64,000 nucleotides of DNA, from NCBI GenBank assembly GCA_964388525.1, contig CAYMAU010000002.1, positions 17,034 through 81,033 on the forward strand, written 5' to 3'. Origin of the DNA: an uncultured Aquiluna sp. (lineage in GTDB: Bacteria > Actinomycetota > Actinomycetes > Actinomycetales > Microbacteriaceae). The position numbers were made by a program, and so were the translations under genes. Under the pieces are notes generated by a model. It was given only the letters and a program-made list of their open reading frames with translations. It did no database searches and was not told where the DNA came from. Below are positions 27,770-38,293 of the stretch, piece after piece (position 1 is the stretch's first letter; each line of letters starts with the position of its first letter).

Positions 27770-29892
27770 CCAATAAAAGTCAGGACTACGGCTACCGCCC
27801 CGCCAACCAACCAGGGTGACATCCAAGCAGCAGAGTCTGGTGCCGCAGGTTTTTGTTCTCTCGAAGCCAACTCGGCTACATAGGCTGACCGTGTAGGTGT
27901 TTCGGTCCGATTCAGTAGATCCACTTCGTCATTTGTCACCGTGGCTTCTCGTTCAAGTTCTGCAGGCTCGGACTCAGGAGTGACCGGCGTTGGCTTTGGC
28001 TCAGTCGGAGCTTTGGGAATCACTTGGCTTGGCGATTCCTGATCAGCGGGAAGAATTTCTTCGCTTTCAATAAACTCCAGAATTTCTTCGCCAACCTCTG
28101 GGTCTATAAACTCAGGAGCCTCGATTGGTGATTGCATCTCATCCGGCAACTCTGGCGCTAGTTGACTCGGAATCTGTAAAGCGGGTTGCCTTGGAGCCAC
28201 CTCCGGCACCGGCGCTGTTGGAGTTGGCACTGGAGTTGGCACTGAGGCAACAAGTGTTAGTTCGAGAACTGCGTCGCTAGCTGGACCTAAGTTTCCGGCC
28301 GCGTCAATCAAAGAAAATGCTGGCAATTTCCAGCTCATGCTTCCAGGCGTGCAGCCAAGATATTCGAAGGTTATTTCTCCTTTTGCGGATGTTGTAACTG
28401 GCAGACAACTGATATCAGAGGTCAGAAACTCGACAGCCGCGTCGTCCATCAGCGAATCTTCATGTCTGAGTGAGATTACCAAATTAAAAGTGCCCTCTAT
28501 CTCTGTGATTTCAGGCTCGAGCCATTGCGATGTCGGAGCGATTGTGTCTCTTAAGAATTCGAGGACAGTAGGTCCGGAAGGGCCCAAGTTGCCCATTGAG
28601 TCACTCACAGCTTTTGAAGCAAGAGTTATTGTGATATCGCCCTCCTGGCAATCGTTCAGGCTTAGCTCGTGGTTCTGAAGCGCAGTTGAGTCACATCCGC
28701 TGACAACAATGTCATCTGAAGACAAACCTGTGTGGTCCTCATCGCCAACAAGGTCAAAAAGGTAGTCGTGATCGATAGAAACAACTTGATCGAAGGTGAA
28801 CTCCGGGCCAGCCAAGTCAAGCTCGATCTGCAGAGAAGCACTCGTGTCATCAATTAGCAAAGCGGCGACTTCAGGTGCCAGTGCAGCTTGAAAGCGAGAG
28901 TCGACGCAGTCCAGAATTTGAAAGACGTATGTTGATCCTGTTACCCCGGGTTCTCCCGCGACGCAGGCAGGATCTGCAATCTCTAGGTCGGTCGATTTAG
29001 GGATGTAGCTGCCCTCTACCTCCATGCTGATCAAGACCTCGTTGTTACTTTGCTGGCTGGCCGCAAATAAGGTTATTTTGGAGGCAACCTCATAGCGAAT
29101 AATCACCCGACCAGATGAACTCTGCACTCCTGCTTGATGGCCGATGTTAGTCACTAGAGACGTGTTTGAATATGAAGACCCGCCGCCTCCGCCGCCGGCA
29201 TCAGAACAGCAAGAATCATCGTCCGCACCGCCGCCGCCGCCGCCAAACCAGCCGCCGCCGCCTCCGCCGCCGCCGGCGTTCCAGCTACTACCTCCAGTTC
29301 CACCAACTCCAAAACCACCTGGCTGCGAAGCGCTGCCGCCGTTAGATGCACCCCCGGAACCACCGGAGTTTTCCCGACCGCCGCCGCCGCCGGAACCTTG
29401 CCCGGAGCCACCGTTTTCAGCAACCAGATTTCCACCGACACCGCCAGCAGCTCCGGCATAACCCCCGCCGCCACCGCCGCCACCGGCCACGACGATTCGC
29501 TCGTTTATGTTGGCACCAGAGCGAATATCGCTGGCTCCCCCACCAGAGCCCTCGTTACCTCTAGATCCTCCGGCCCGGCCACCGCCGTTATATCCGCCTG
29601 GGGCCTCGGCATTAATAACACCCTCACCACCCACAAACACCCAGAACCCAGCTGGGGCATCGATGAACTGGCCGGTTACCCGACCGCCCATGCCGCCTCT
29701 GCCCCCAGCCGCGCCGCTGATTTCAAATGATATGTTTTCGGCGCCGTCGGGGACCGTAAAGTACTCTGGGCTACCGGTGTATTCAAAGACGAGTACGCAG
29801 ATTCCGTCTGGGCACTCTTCGGCTTGAGCCGGTACGGCTCCAAAAGCCAAAGATGAGAAAAAAGCTAAAGCTATGAGTGATCGAAGTTTCAT
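27745..29892 (-). CDS. Secreted, C-terminally membrane-anchored glycine-rich surface protein (Gly_rich/ALK-GRD-like domain + Ig-like repeats + Pro/Glu stalk)
   Basis: ATG 29892 gives the signal peptide MKLRSLIALAFFSSLAFGAVPAQA. FEYTGSPEYFTVPDGAENISFEISGAAGGRGG opens a ~250-aa domain with multiple G6-G8 runs. Three Cys-pair modules follow; two end in a DxxGNLGP motif (DSMGNLGPS, DAAGNLGPA). Then a PTPVPTPTAPVP stalk and a terminal TM helix with a YRKMMVR tail. The track ORF extends to GTG 29940, so the start is not certain. Confidence 0.8.
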   Translation of the reverse strand: MKLRSLIALAFFSSLAFGAVPAQAEECPDGICVLVFEYTGSPEYFTVPDGAENISFEISGAAGGRGGMGGRVTGQFIDAPAGFWVFVGGEGVINAEAPGGYNGGGRAGGSRGNEGSGGGASDIRSGANINERIVVAGGGGGGGGYAGAAGGVGGNLVAENGGSGQGSGGGGGRENSGGSGGASNGGSASQPGGFGVGGTGGSSWNAGGGGGGGGWFGGGGGGADDDSCCSDAGGGGGGSSYSNTSLVTNIGHQAGVQSSSGRVIIRYEVASKITLFAASQQSNNEVLISMEVEGSYIPKSTDLEIADPACVAGEPGVTGSTYVFQILDCVDSRFQAALAPEVAALLIDDTSASLQIELDLAGPEFTFDQVVSIDHDYLFDLVGDEDHTGLSSDDIVVSGCDSTALQNHELSLNDCQEGDITITLASKAVSDSMGNLGPSGPTVLEFLRDTIAPTSQWLEPEITEIEGTFNLVISLRHEDSLMDDAAVEFLTSDISCLPVTTSAKGEITFEYLGCTPGSMSWKLPAFSLIDAAGNLGPASDAVLELTLVASVPTPVPTPTAPVPEVAPRQPALQIPSQLAPELPDEMQSPIEAPEFIDPEVGEEILEFIESEEILPADQESPSQVIPKAPTEPKPTPVTPESEPAELEREATVTNDEVDLLNRTETPTRSAYVAELASREQKPAAPDSAAWMSPWLVGGAVAVVLTFIGYRKMMVR
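29178..29495. repeat. GCC/GGC-rich low-complexity tract encoding the polyglycine runs
   Basis: Runs such as ccgccgccgccgccgccaaaccagccgccgccgcctccgccgccgccggcg on the + strand, which are GGN codons on the - strand. It is an imperfect trinucleotide periodic tract, not a tandem array with a fixed unit. Confidence 0.6.
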
Positions 29893-29904
29893 GACACACA
29901 AACT

Positions 29905-29936
29905 AAAACTCCCCGCGGTTTCCTGCAGGGAGTTTT
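29905..29936 (-). terminator. Possible terminator/attenuator hairpin between icd and the glycine-rich protein gene
   Basis: 9-bp stem aaaactccc/gggagtttt with a 14-nt loop. On the - strand it is followed by agtttgtgtgtc and then ATG 29892. The stem is only moderately GC-rich. Confidence 0.4.
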
Positions 29937-29962
29937 CCACAAGCCGCTAGCGGCCTGGTTTT

Positions 29963-31180
29963 TTAGGCCATTTTTGACTGAAGGTTCTCGGCAATCGATG
30001 CCATGAACTCATCGGTCGACTGCCAAGGTTGATCCTTTCCAACCAGAGCAGCCAAGTCCTTTGTCATTTTTCCAGACTCAACCGTTTCGATAATGACATC
30101 TTCAAGAGTCTGCGCAAACTTTGCCACCTCTGGGGTGTTATCCAGTTTTGCTCGGTGCATCAAGCCTCTTGTCCAAGCAAAGATTGAGGCAATTGGGTTA
30201 GTCGAGGTCTTGTTGCCCTGCTGCCACTGGCGGTAATGACGGGTCACGGTTCCGTGAGCAGCCTCGGCCAGTGCTGTCTGACCATCTGGAGTTGTTAGCA
30301 CCGAGGTCATTAGACCCAAAGAGCCAAAGCCTTGAGCCACGGTGTCTGACTGCACATCACCGTCATAATTCTTGCAGGCCCAAACGTATCCGCCTTCCCA
30401 CTTCAAGCAGGCCGCAACCATGTCGTCGATTAGGCGGTGCTCGTAGGTGAGGCCGGCTTTTTCAAACCTGTCTTTGTACTCGGAGTTGAAGACATCCTCG
30501 AAGGCGTCCTTGAACGCGCCGTCGTAGGCCTTCAAAATTGTGTTCTTGGTGGACATGTAGACCGGGTAGTTACGAGCAAGGCCGTAGTTGAAGGAGGCTC
30601 TTGCAAAGTCGCGAATAGAGTCCATGTAGTTATACATTCCCATTGCAACTCCGCCGTTTTCCGGGAAGTCCGCGATCGTCAAAACCTGCGGCTCTGAGCC
30701 GTCGGCAGGTGCCCAAGTCATGGTGACCCTGCCCTTGCCAGGTATTTTGATGTCCGTGGCCTTGTACTGGTCACCGTGTGCATGACGACCAATGATGATC
30801 GGCTTAGTCCAGCCTGGGACTAGCCTCGGCACGTTAGAGATGATAATTGGCTCGCGAAATACAACGCCGTCAAGGATGTTTCGAATGGTTCCGTTCGGAG
30901 AACGCCACATTTTTTTCAAACCGAATTCGACCACTCGGTCCTCATCCGGAGTAATCGTTGCGCACTTGACCCCAACGCCGTACTTCTTGATGGCGTGAGC
31001 TGCATCAATGGTGATCTGATCGTCAGTTGCATCTCGATTTTCAACCGACAGGTCGTAATACTCGAGGTCAATATCCAGGTAAGGAAGAATCAGCTTGTCT
31101 TTGATGTCCTGCCAGATGATGCGGGTCATCTCATCGCCGTCTAGCTCAACAACTTTTCCAGCAACACTGATTTTGTTCAT
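29963..31180 (-). CDS. icd: NADP-dependent isocitrate dehydrogenase (homodimeric, eukaryote-like IDH1/2 subfamily)
   Basis: 405 aa. The N-terminus [46 protein letters not shown] is typical of the type II (IDH1-like) subfamily. AGGAGAG SD. Confidence 0.93.
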   Translation of the reverse strand: MNKISVAGKVVELDGDEMTRIIWQDIKDKLILPYLDIDLEYYDLSVENRDATDDQITIDAAHAIKKYGVGVKCATITPDEDRVVEFGLKKMWRSPNGTIRNILDGVVFREPIIISNVPRLVPGWTKPIIIGRHAHGDQYKATDIKIPGKGRVTMTWAPADGSEPQVLTIADFPENGGVAMGMYNYMDSIRDFARASFNYGLARNYPVYMSTKNTILKAYDGAFKDAFEDVFNSEYKDRFEKAGLTYEHRLIDDMVAACLKWEGGYVWACKNYDGDVQSDTVAQGFGSLGLMTSVLTTPDGQTALAEAAHGTVTRHYRQWQQGNKTSTNPIASIFAWTRGLMHRAKLDNTPEVAKFAQTLEDVIIETVESGKMTKDLAALVGKDQPWQSTDEFMASIAENLQSKMA

Positions 31181-31252
31181 TACTCTCCTGATTAACCGCG
31201 TGATTCGGGCCTAAATGACCATTCATAGCCTATCGGCTTCAGTCGATGCGCC

Positions 31253-33058
31253 CTAAACCAGAGAATCTTTCCAAGATTTGTAGAGCTTCGAGAATTTACC
31301 TCCCGAGGCAACTAGCTGTTCCGGTGAACCGTCCTCAATAATTTTTCCATGCTCCATTACCAGCACTCGATCCGCTATCGAAACTGTTGAGAGTCGATGC
31401 GCGATGATGACAGCAGTCCTTCCTGCAAGCAGAGTCTTTAGGCCAAGTTGTACCATTGCCTCGGAGGGAATATCCAAGGAGGAAGTTGCCTCATCGAGAA
31501 TCAACACTGCAGGGTCCGCCAGGAAGGCACGTGCGAAGGAGATCAGTTGACGCTGGCCGCTTGAAACTCTGCCACCGCGTTTGTTCACATCCGTCTCATA
31601 GCCGTAGGGCAGTTCCAGAATAAATTCATGCGCGCCTACTGCCTTGGCTGCCTTGACTACATCGTCCATCGACGCGCCCGGGCGACCTAGCTGAATGTTC
31701 TGAGCCACCGACCCGGTAAATAGATAAGCCTCCTGCGTCACCATCACGACCTTTTGACGCAGATTCACATTGGAAATGTCTCTTAGGTCGTAATCGTCGA
31801 GACGAACAACACCTTCGCTAGGGTCGTAGAACCTTGAAATGAGCTTGGCAAGAGTTGATTTGCCAGCGCCTGTAGTCCCGACCATCGCGATTGTTTGACC
31901 GCCGGGAATATCCAACGAGAACGGGTGCAGCACGACATCACCGGTGTCGTACTGAAACTTCACCTTGTCAAAAACTAAACCGCCCTTGATGTTCTTTAGC
32001 TCAACCGGGTTCTCGGGTTCTGGAACCGAAGGCTCTTCTTGCAGCACACCGGAAATCTTCTCAAGAGCAGCGGAAGCCGACTGGTAAGAGTTGTAGAAAA
32101 TTGCAATCTGTTCCATCGGGTCAAAAAACCTTCTGGCGTAAAGAATTGCTGCCGTCAAAACCCCGATACCCAAAGTGCCGTCAAGCACTCGGAATCCACC
32201 CACGAGCAAGATCGCAGCGACGGTCGCGTTGCCGATCAATATCAATGCTGGATCGTAGATTCCGAAGAGCTGAATAAGCTTTGCGTTCAATAGCCGGTAC
32301 TTTTCCACCAAGCCACCAAAGTGCTTCTCGTTGCGACCCTCCTTGCGGAAAGCCTTGACGGCACGGATGCCAGTCATGGTCTCTACAAAGTTTTGAATCA
32401 AGGTGGAAGATGCAACCCGTTGTGCCCTGAAGCCTCGGTTCGTGTTTATCTGAAACCACCTAGTCACAATCGCAAGCGGAATCACTGCCGCCATAAGAAC
32501 AAGGAAGCTGATTGGGTCAAGGACCAGGAGTGCGCCGGCGGTGAAAACCATGAAAAAGATTCCAACCACTAATTCTCCAAGGCCACCAGACAATAGTTCG
32601 GAAATGGACTCTAGGTCCGAGGTCTGCCTCGCGATTACTCGCCCAGCGGTATAGCGCTCATGGAATTCGACTGAAAGCTTTTGAGTGTGGATGAACATTC
32701 TGTTCCGCAAGGCAAACAGCATGGACTGAGCAATCTTTGCCGTGAGAATCATGAAGTAATAAACCATCAGTGCACTGAAAGCTGCAGCTCCCAGATAAAG
32801 CAGGATTAGCATCCATAGCGGATAAAAGTCGTCTTCGATGGCCCTCGGAAGCGCCCAGTCGATCGCGAAGGCTATGAGCGCCGGGCCCGCAACCCTGAGC
32901 GTGGTAGAGATAAAAATCATTGCCACGGCGATCCAAAGCCTTGCGCGGAGTGGGAGCAATAACGAACCCAGAAGCTTTCTGGATCGCTGTCTAATGAACC
33001 TAGATTCGGTTTTGGTTAGATCGGTTCTTTCTTCGTTATTGGTGCCGTAAAGACTCAT
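31253..33058 (-). CDS. ABC transporter, fused permease/ATP-binding protein (exporter, second subunit of a probable heterodimer)
   Basis: 601 aa. TMD plus NBD with Walker [10 protein letters not shown], signature [13 protein letters not shown] and Walker B LILDE. 4-nt overlap with the upstream paralogue. Confidence 0.88.
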   Translation of the reverse strand: MSLYGTNNEERTDLTKTESRFIRQRSRKLLGSLLLPLRARLWIAVAMIFISTTLRVAGPALIAFAIDWALPRAIEDDFYPLWMLILLYLGAAAFSALMVYYFMILTAKIAQSMLFALRNRMFIHTQKLSVEFHERYTAGRVIARQTSDLESISELLSGGLGELVVGIFFMVFTAGALLVLDPISFLVLMAAVIPLAIVTRWFQINTNRGFRAQRVASSTLIQNFVETMTGIRAVKAFRKEGRNEKHFGGLVEKYRLLNAKLIQLFGIYDPALILIGNATVAAILLVGGFRVLDGTLGIGVLTAAILYARRFFDPMEQIAIFYNSYQSASAALEKISGVLQEEPSVPEPENPVELKNIKGGLVFDKVKFQYDTGDVVLHPFSLDIPGGQTIAMVGTTGAGKSTLAKLISRFYDPSEGVVRLDDYDLRDISNVNLRQKVVMVTQEAYLFTGSVAQNIQLGRPGASMDDVVKAAKAVGAHEFILELPYGYETDVNKRGGRVSSGQRQLISFARAFLADPAVLILDEATSSLDIPSEAMVQLGLKTLLAGRTAVIIAHRLSTVSIADRVLVMEHGKIIEDGSPEQLVASGGKFSKLYKSWKDSLV

Positions 33059-34830
33059 ACGTTCACCTCGCGCTCTTTCTGGTCGGTATCCAGAGAGGTG
33101 ATCACGTGGCGATATTCAGGGCTGGTGTCTAGAAGTTCACGGTGAGTACCGAAGGCAATAATCTTGCCATCTTGCATCAAAGCGACCTTGTCGGCCAGCA
33201 TCACGGTCGAAGGTCGGTGGGCGACTATAAGGGCAGTAGTCGATTTCAGCACATGTCGAAGCGCCTCTTCGACCATCGCCTCGGTGTCGACATCCACAGC
33301 CGACAATGGATCATCCAAAACCAAAATCTTAGGTTTCGCCGCAACCGCTCTTGCCAATGCCAATCGCTGACGTTGACCCCCTGAAAGGCTTAGGCCCTCA
33401 TCGCCGATTGGCGTATCAAGGCCCTTCGGTAAATCGTAGGCAAACTGCGCCTGAGCAATCTCGAGAGCTTGCTTTAGATCATCCTCACTTTGATCTTTAT
33501 TGCCCAGCAGCACGTTGTCGCGCACACTGGATGAGAAAAGAGTGGCGTCCTCAAAGGCCATCGCGATGTTCGACCTAAGCTCGTCTCGAGTCAAGTCCCT
33601 AATCTCAACCCCATCGATGGTTATCGAGCCGCCCGTTACCTCATACAACCTTGTCGTTAGAGCCGTCAGGGTTGTCTTGCCGCTTCCGGTAAGCCCAATA
33701 AGCGCTACCGACTGACCAGGCTCTATTCGCAAACTCACGCCGTCTACCAAGTCGCGATTCTTCGGATCAGCATCCGGGTAGTGAAAGTGGACGTCGTGAA
33801 ACTCAAGCAGACCCTTGGGTTCTTTTATCGTCCTTGGAGAAACCGGATCAGCAATTAGGTCCGGCTCATCCAGCACCTCGAAAATTCTCGTGGTGGCGGT
33901 CTTCGCCTCGAGGGTCATGCCCAGCAAGAAACCAAGAGACTCAGTTGGCCAACGAAGTACCATCGCAGTTGCAACAAAAGCCACCAGTGTTCCAACGGTC
34001 ATTTCGCCGTTAGCCGTAAACCAAATCCCAGCCAATAAAGCCAGACCAAGAGCGAACTCCGGAATCATAATTAGGTAGAGCCATATGTTTGCGACGGCCT
34101 TGGCCTTACTAATTTCTGTGCTCCTAAGTTCTGAAGCCTGGGTTGCAAACTGGTCAGCTGCAAAACCACCACGACCAAAGGCCTTCAGAACCCTGACGCC
34201 GTGAACAGATTCTTCTACCCTTGTTGCCAGGTCCCCCGACTGATCCTGAGCAAGCCTGGCAATAGAGCCAAAACCGCGCTCAAAGCGAAACCCAATGAGC
34301 CAAATCGGAATCGATGCAACCGAAAAGATAAGGCCCAGCCAGAAGTTGTAGGTGAACAGAATCAGCAGTCCAACCACCAGAGTGATGAAGTTCGCGATCA
34401 GCAGCACAATTCCGAAGCTGAGCCAACGCCTGATTAGACCCAGATCGGCAACCGCCCTGGAAAGTAACTGCCCCGATGGCCAACGATCATGAAATGCAAC
34501 CGGCAAATCTTGAAGCTTGGCGAACAGCGTGTTGCGCATGTCGGCCTCAACAAATGTGCCGGGCGTAAGAACCAACCAACGTCTGAGAAGTACTAGAGCT
34601 GCCTCTAAAACTCCAAGCAGGAGAATCAAACCGACCGCCGGCAGCAATGCGCCCCGACCGCCGTCCACCAGTGAGTTCACCAGTGACTGCAAAAATTGCG
34701 GGATTGAAAGAGCAATCATGTGGGCGCCGATTGCTGCCAGTATGCCAAGGCCAATGCGCCAGAGTGCCCGTCTTGCGAACGGGACCAGTCGCCAAAGGGT
34801 TTTTATCGTCCCCAATTCAGCCTGCTGCAT
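33055..34830 (-). CDS. ABC transporter, fused permease/ATP-binding protein (exporter, first subunit of a probable heterodimer)
   Basis: ATG 34830 ([18 protein letters not shown]...) is preceded by GGAGAG. Walker [10 protein letters not shown], signature [14 protein letters not shown]. The track ORF start at 34962 would overlap purH and is rejected. Confidence 0.85.
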   Translation of the reverse strand: MQQAELGTIKTLWRLVPFARRALWRIGLGILAAIGAHMIALSIPQFLQSLVNSLVDGGRGALLPAVGLILLLGVLEAALVLLRRWLVLTPGTFVEADMRNTLFAKLQDLPVAFHDRWPSGQLLSRAVADLGLIRRWLSFGIVLLIANFITLVVGLLILFTYNFWLGLIFSVASIPIWLIGFRFERGFGSIARLAQDQSGDLATRVEESVHGVRVLKAFGRGGFAADQFATQASELRSTEISKAKAVANIWLYLIMIPEFALGLALLAGIWFTANGEMTVGTLVAFVATAMVLRWPTESLGFLLGMTLEAKTATTRIFEVLDEPDLIADPVSPRTIKEPKGLLEFHDVHFHYPDADPKNRDLVDGVSLRIEPGQSVALIGLTGSGKTTLTALTTRLYEVTGGSITIDGVEIRDLTRDELRSNIAMAFEDATLFSSSVRDNVLLGNKDQSEDDLKQALEIAQAQFAYDLPKGLDTPIGDEGLSLSGGQRQRLALARAVAAKPKILVLDDPLSAVDVDTEAMVEEALRHVLKSTTALIVAHRPSTVMLADKVALMQDGKIIAFGTHRELLDTSPEYRHVITSLDTDQKEREVNV

Positions 34831-34897
34831 AGTTCTCTCCGAGGTAATTTTGGCCAAACGGCCTTTTTCGTCAACATGTGGTGCGCTTTGATTATTT

Positions 34898-36439
34898 CTA
34901 ATGGAAAAAATGTCTTTCGCCCGTGAAGTACATGCTAATGCCGGCCTTACTGGCCGCGGCAATTACTTCCTGATCTCGAACGCTTCCACCCGGCTGGACA
35001 ACTGCCGAAACCCCTGCATCTATCAGGACCTGAAGGCCGTCGGCGAATGGGAAAAACGCGTCGGAGGCTGCGACCGAACCAACGACTCTGTCGCCAGCTC
35101 GTGCGACCGCCAGTCTGCAAGAATCCAGTCTGTTGACCTGACCCATGCCAATCCCAACGGCGGCCTGATTTTTAGCCAGCAAAATCGCGTTTGATTTCAC
35201 TGACCGGCAAGCGATCCAGGCGAACTCTAAATCGAGCATCCGGGCAGTTTCGACACCCTCGCCAGCAACTAATTGCCAACTCCGAGTGTTCAGGCCTTCA
35301 AATCCGTCTGAATCCTGAACAAGCATGCCGCCCGAGACCTGACGAATATCTAAGGCTGCTCTTACATAAGGATTTGAAAGCTCCAAAATTCGCAAGTTCT
35401 TTTTCTTTTTCAGTATTTCAATCGCCGTCGGGCTGAACGAGGGCGCAATTATGACCTCGGTGAAGACTTCAGCAACGGCTAGGGCCATTGCCTCGGTAAC
35501 TTCGCTATTGGTTGCAATTACTCCTCCGAAGGCCGAAACCGGGTCGGTATTGTGGGCAGCTTGATAGGCAGTTGCGACATCCGCTCCGGTAGCAATCCCG
35601 CACGGGTTAGCATGCTTGATGATCGCGACCGCGGGGGCGTGAAAATCATAGGCTGCCCGAAGCGCAGCGTCTGCATCAACAAAGTTGTTGTAACTCATCT
35701 GTTTGCCCGAATGCTGAATGGCAGTTGCAACTCCTGAAGAATCACCGGAGAAATAGATGGCTGCCGACTGATGAGAGTTCTCGCCGTATCTCAAGTCCTG
35801 GTCTTTGGTGAGCGAAATGTTGATTGATTCTGAGGTCATCTCTTCACCGAATTCGCGAGCCAGGAAGCTTGCGACCGCCGAGTCATAATCGGCGGTGTGA
35901 GCAAATGCCTGCTGAGCAAGTTTTTGTCGAAACTTTAGGCTCGTGCCACCGTCATCGAGCGCATCAATCAAAAGCGGGTAGTTCTTGGAATCGACAATTA
36001 TCGCGACATTGGCGTGGTTTTTAGCGGCAGCTCGCACCATTGCAGGTCCGCCGATGTCAATCTGCTCGATGGCGGCATCCCCGGTTGAGCCGCTGGCAAC
36101 GGTCTCGACAAACGGGTAAAGATTTACAACCACTAGCTGAAAAGCTTCGATGTTTAGCTCGGCAAGCTCTTGATTGTGCTTTTCAAGTCTCATGTCGGCA
36201 AGAATGCCGCCGTGTATAGACGGGTGTAGCGTCTTCACACGGCCATCCAGGCTTTCAGGAAATCCGGTTACTTCGCTGACTTCTGTCACGGCCATACCAG
36301 CAGACGCGATTTGTTTGGCAGTTGAACCGGTTGACACTAGCTGGACTCCAGCCGCGGTCAGAGCTGCAGCCAGGTCAATCAAGCCGGTCTTATCCGACAC
36401 GGAAATTAATGCCCTTTTTATGGCCACTACATCAGGCAT
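34898..36439 (-). CDS. purH: Bifunctional AICAR transformylase / IMP cyclohydrolase
   Basis: 513 aa. N-terminal MGS-like domain ([20 protein letters not shown]), VVVNLYPF, and a C-terminal AICARFT domain ending GERHFFH. Confidence 0.95.
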   Translation of the reverse strand: MPDVVAIKRALISVSDKTGLIDLAAALTAAGVQLVSTGSTAKQIASAGMAVTEVSEVTGFPESLDGRVKTLHPSIHGGILADMRLEKHNQELAELNIEAFQLVVVNLYPFVETVASGSTGDAAIEQIDIGGPAMVRAAAKNHANVAIIVDSKNYPLLIDALDDGGTSLKFRQKLAQQAFAHTADYDSAVASFLAREFGEEMTSESINISLTKDQDLRYGENSHQSAAIYFSGDSSGVATAIQHSGKQMSYNNFVDADAALRAAYDFHAPAVAIIKHANPCGIATGADVATAYQAAHNTDPVSAFGGVIATNSEVTEAMALAVAEVFTEVIIAPSFSPTAIEILKKKKNLRILELSNPYVRAALDIRQVSGGMLVQDSDGFEGLNTRSWQLVAGEGVETARMLDLEFAWIACRSVKSNAILLAKNQAAVGIGMGQVNRLDSCRLAVARAGDRVVGSVAASDAFFPFADGLQVLIDAGVSAVVQPGGSVRDQEVIAAASKAGISMYFTGERHFFH

Positions 36440-37028
36440 TTTGTTCCTTTTCAGTCAGCAAGAGTGATCCGGCTGCAATGTCTCGAACCGCTTGAACTAG
36501 ATGCTGCTGTTCCACTAGTTTAATCTGCTCATGCAAATCAATTTCTGAGATACCGGGAGCAACTGGAATGCTTGCTTGAGTCAGTACCTTGCCGGTATCC
36601 ACGCCCTCATCAACTATGTGGATGGTAGCGCCAGTTACTAGAGCCCCAGCTGCCAAGGCATCTGCAACGGCATTGGCTCCTGGAAAATCCGGTAGCAACG
36701 ATGGGTGCAGATTAATCATTCTGGGGGAAAGCTTGTTAACGATGTTTGCAGGCAACACCCTCATGAACCCAGCCAAGACAACTAGGTCGGGTTTATGGAA
36801 CTCAATATTCGAAAGCAAAACCTCGGCCCAAGCTTCGCGGGTTTCAAACCTTGAAGGTTCGACAACGAAGGTCGAAACCCCAAACTCCTCGGCGTGCTCT
36901 AAGCCGGTAGCGGCCTTATCGGACCCGACCGCAACTACTTTTGCCGGGTAGAACGGGCTGGCAGCGGCCGTCAAAAGGGCACGAAGGTTTGAGCCACCAC
37001 CTGAAATAAGCACTACAACCGAGAACAT
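36432..37028 (-). CDS. purN: Phosphoribosylglycinamide formyltransferase
   Basis: 198 aa. [22 protein letters not shown] and [14 protein letters not shown] motifs. 8-nt overlap with purH. Confidence 0.93.
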   Translation of the reverse strand: MFSVVVLISGGGSNLRALLTAAASPFYPAKVVAVGSDKAATGLEHAEEFGVSTFVVEPSRFETREAWAEVLLSNIEFHKPDLVVLAGFMRVLPANIVNKLSPRMINLHPSLLPDFPGANAVADALAAGALVTGATIHIVDEGVDTGKVLTQASIPVAPGISEIDLHEQIKLVEQQHLVQAVRDIAAGSLLLTEKEQNA

Positions 37029-37037
37029 TGCCCCAGT

Positions 37038-38285
37038 CTACTTTCGCTCGGAGGCATCACCGTATGGCCTGGCAATTACTAAAGCAGCTAGGAAGCTCGG
37101 CACTAGGACTTCCACGAAAACCGCCGCCGCGAACACAAGCGGGTCCGCCCCAACAGTTTCAAACCGACCCGGGCCAAAGCTGCCTGATGCTGCCTGGCTT
37201 ACCAAGAAGACCGCGATGGCTGCGGTTGAGGCGGAAACTAACGATAATGACAGAGCCCCACTTAGTCTGGTGCTGTATTCCCAGCGCAATTGATCCGCAT
37301 GCCTCGCTACAAAAAAGGTTGCGATAAGTGCGGCCAAGATAGGAATCAGCACAAAAATGAGTCCGCGCTCAAAGCCTCCGGTTGGCAGTGCTGCAAACAC
37401 CGGGAGCGCGGGAAGTGGGCCCAGCTCAGATGCGAATGGGGAAACATAAGAGCCAGTGCCGATTGCAAATCCAGCACCAGAAATCCAAGAGGCCCCGTAG
37501 ACAATCAGGTTTGGCAAAATTGCCAGCTGGCCAATGGTCACCATGACCCCGCCCAGAATACTCAAGCCCAGCCCCTGATAAAGCCCGATTACTTGAATCC
37601 AGCCGAAACCTAAACCAAGAGCAATCAATGCCGAGCTTGCAAAAATCAAAACTGCCACGACCGACAACCCAACCCTGACACCGGGATTTAGTGCGGCTCG
37701 AATCGACCAGTGCAACTTCGCATAGGCGATCGTAAAAAGACCTCTGATCCATATGCGCTCTTTGGCCTCTGGGCCATTTGCGCCCTCGAATAGCTCAAAT
37801 CTTCTGCCGCTCACGGACGATGCAACAAGTATTAATCCAAAAAATATTGCTGGGTAATAGAGTGGCGCCCAGGTGCCAGCAATCACCGAATCATCCGCCA
37901 CAAGTAATGACGCTCCGTAGCTGATGCCGCCAAAAGCCAGCGACCCGCCCAGCCACGCGGGCCAAAGCGAAGCAGCCGCCGATAGTCGATGACCGATTCT
38001 GATTGCCATTAAGACGATCAGTCCGGTAAGCCCGAGTGGCAGCGCCGTGAGGAAGAAAGCCCCAAAACTGATGCCTAAGAAATCACCTTCCGCGAATCCA
38101 ATTGGAACTCCGCATGCCAGCAAGAACGCATAGACAGCTACCCTCAGCGCCAGGATCCATTCAACTTGTCCATTGCCCTCGATAAACCAGGCCAGTGTTA
38201 GTGGAGCAATAATCAGTCCCACCACGGTGGCAATGATTATCAAAGCCTGCAGTGCGGCTATTGCGAAGCTAAGCCCCCGGTTCAC
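37038..38285 (-). CDS. Polytopic membrane protein, PerM-like (DUF6350-type) by position
   Basis: 415 aa with about 10 TM helices. Sits between sucD and purN, where Mycobacterium tuberculosis carries perM (Rv0955). The assignment rests on synteny and topology only. GTG start. Confidence 0.55.
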   Translation of the reverse strand: MNRGLSFAIAALQALIIIATVVGLIIAPLTLAWFIEGNGQVEWILALRVAVYAFLLACGVPIGFAEGDFLGISFGAFFLTALPLGLTGLIVLMAIRIGHRLSAAASLWPAWLGGSLAFGGISYGASLLVADDSVIAGTWAPLYYPAIFFGLILVASSVSGRRFELFEGANGPEAKERIWIRGLFTIAYAKLHWSIRAALNPGVRVGLSVVAVLIFASSALIALGLGFGWIQVIGLYQGLGLSILGGVMVTIGQLAILPNLIVYGASWISGAGFAIGTGSYVSPFASELGPLPALPVFAALPTGGFERGLIFVLIPILAALIATFFVARHADQLRWEYSTRLSGALSLSLVSASTAAIAVFLVSQAASGSFGPGRFETVGADPLVFAAAVFVEVLVPSFLAALVIARPYGDASERK

Positions 38286-38293
38286 GGTTCGCG

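Noticed and set aside
29144-29827. Several long + strand ORFs (105-110 aa; Pro/Ala/Ser-rich, e.g. PPPPPPASEQQ..., 29144-29461, 29398-29730, 29507-29827), and a second - strand frame (29154-29483) inside the glycine-rich gene
   Set aside because: They are compositional mirrors of the GGN-rich coding frame (GCC/CCG read antisense or out of frame). They have no start context and no independent motifs.
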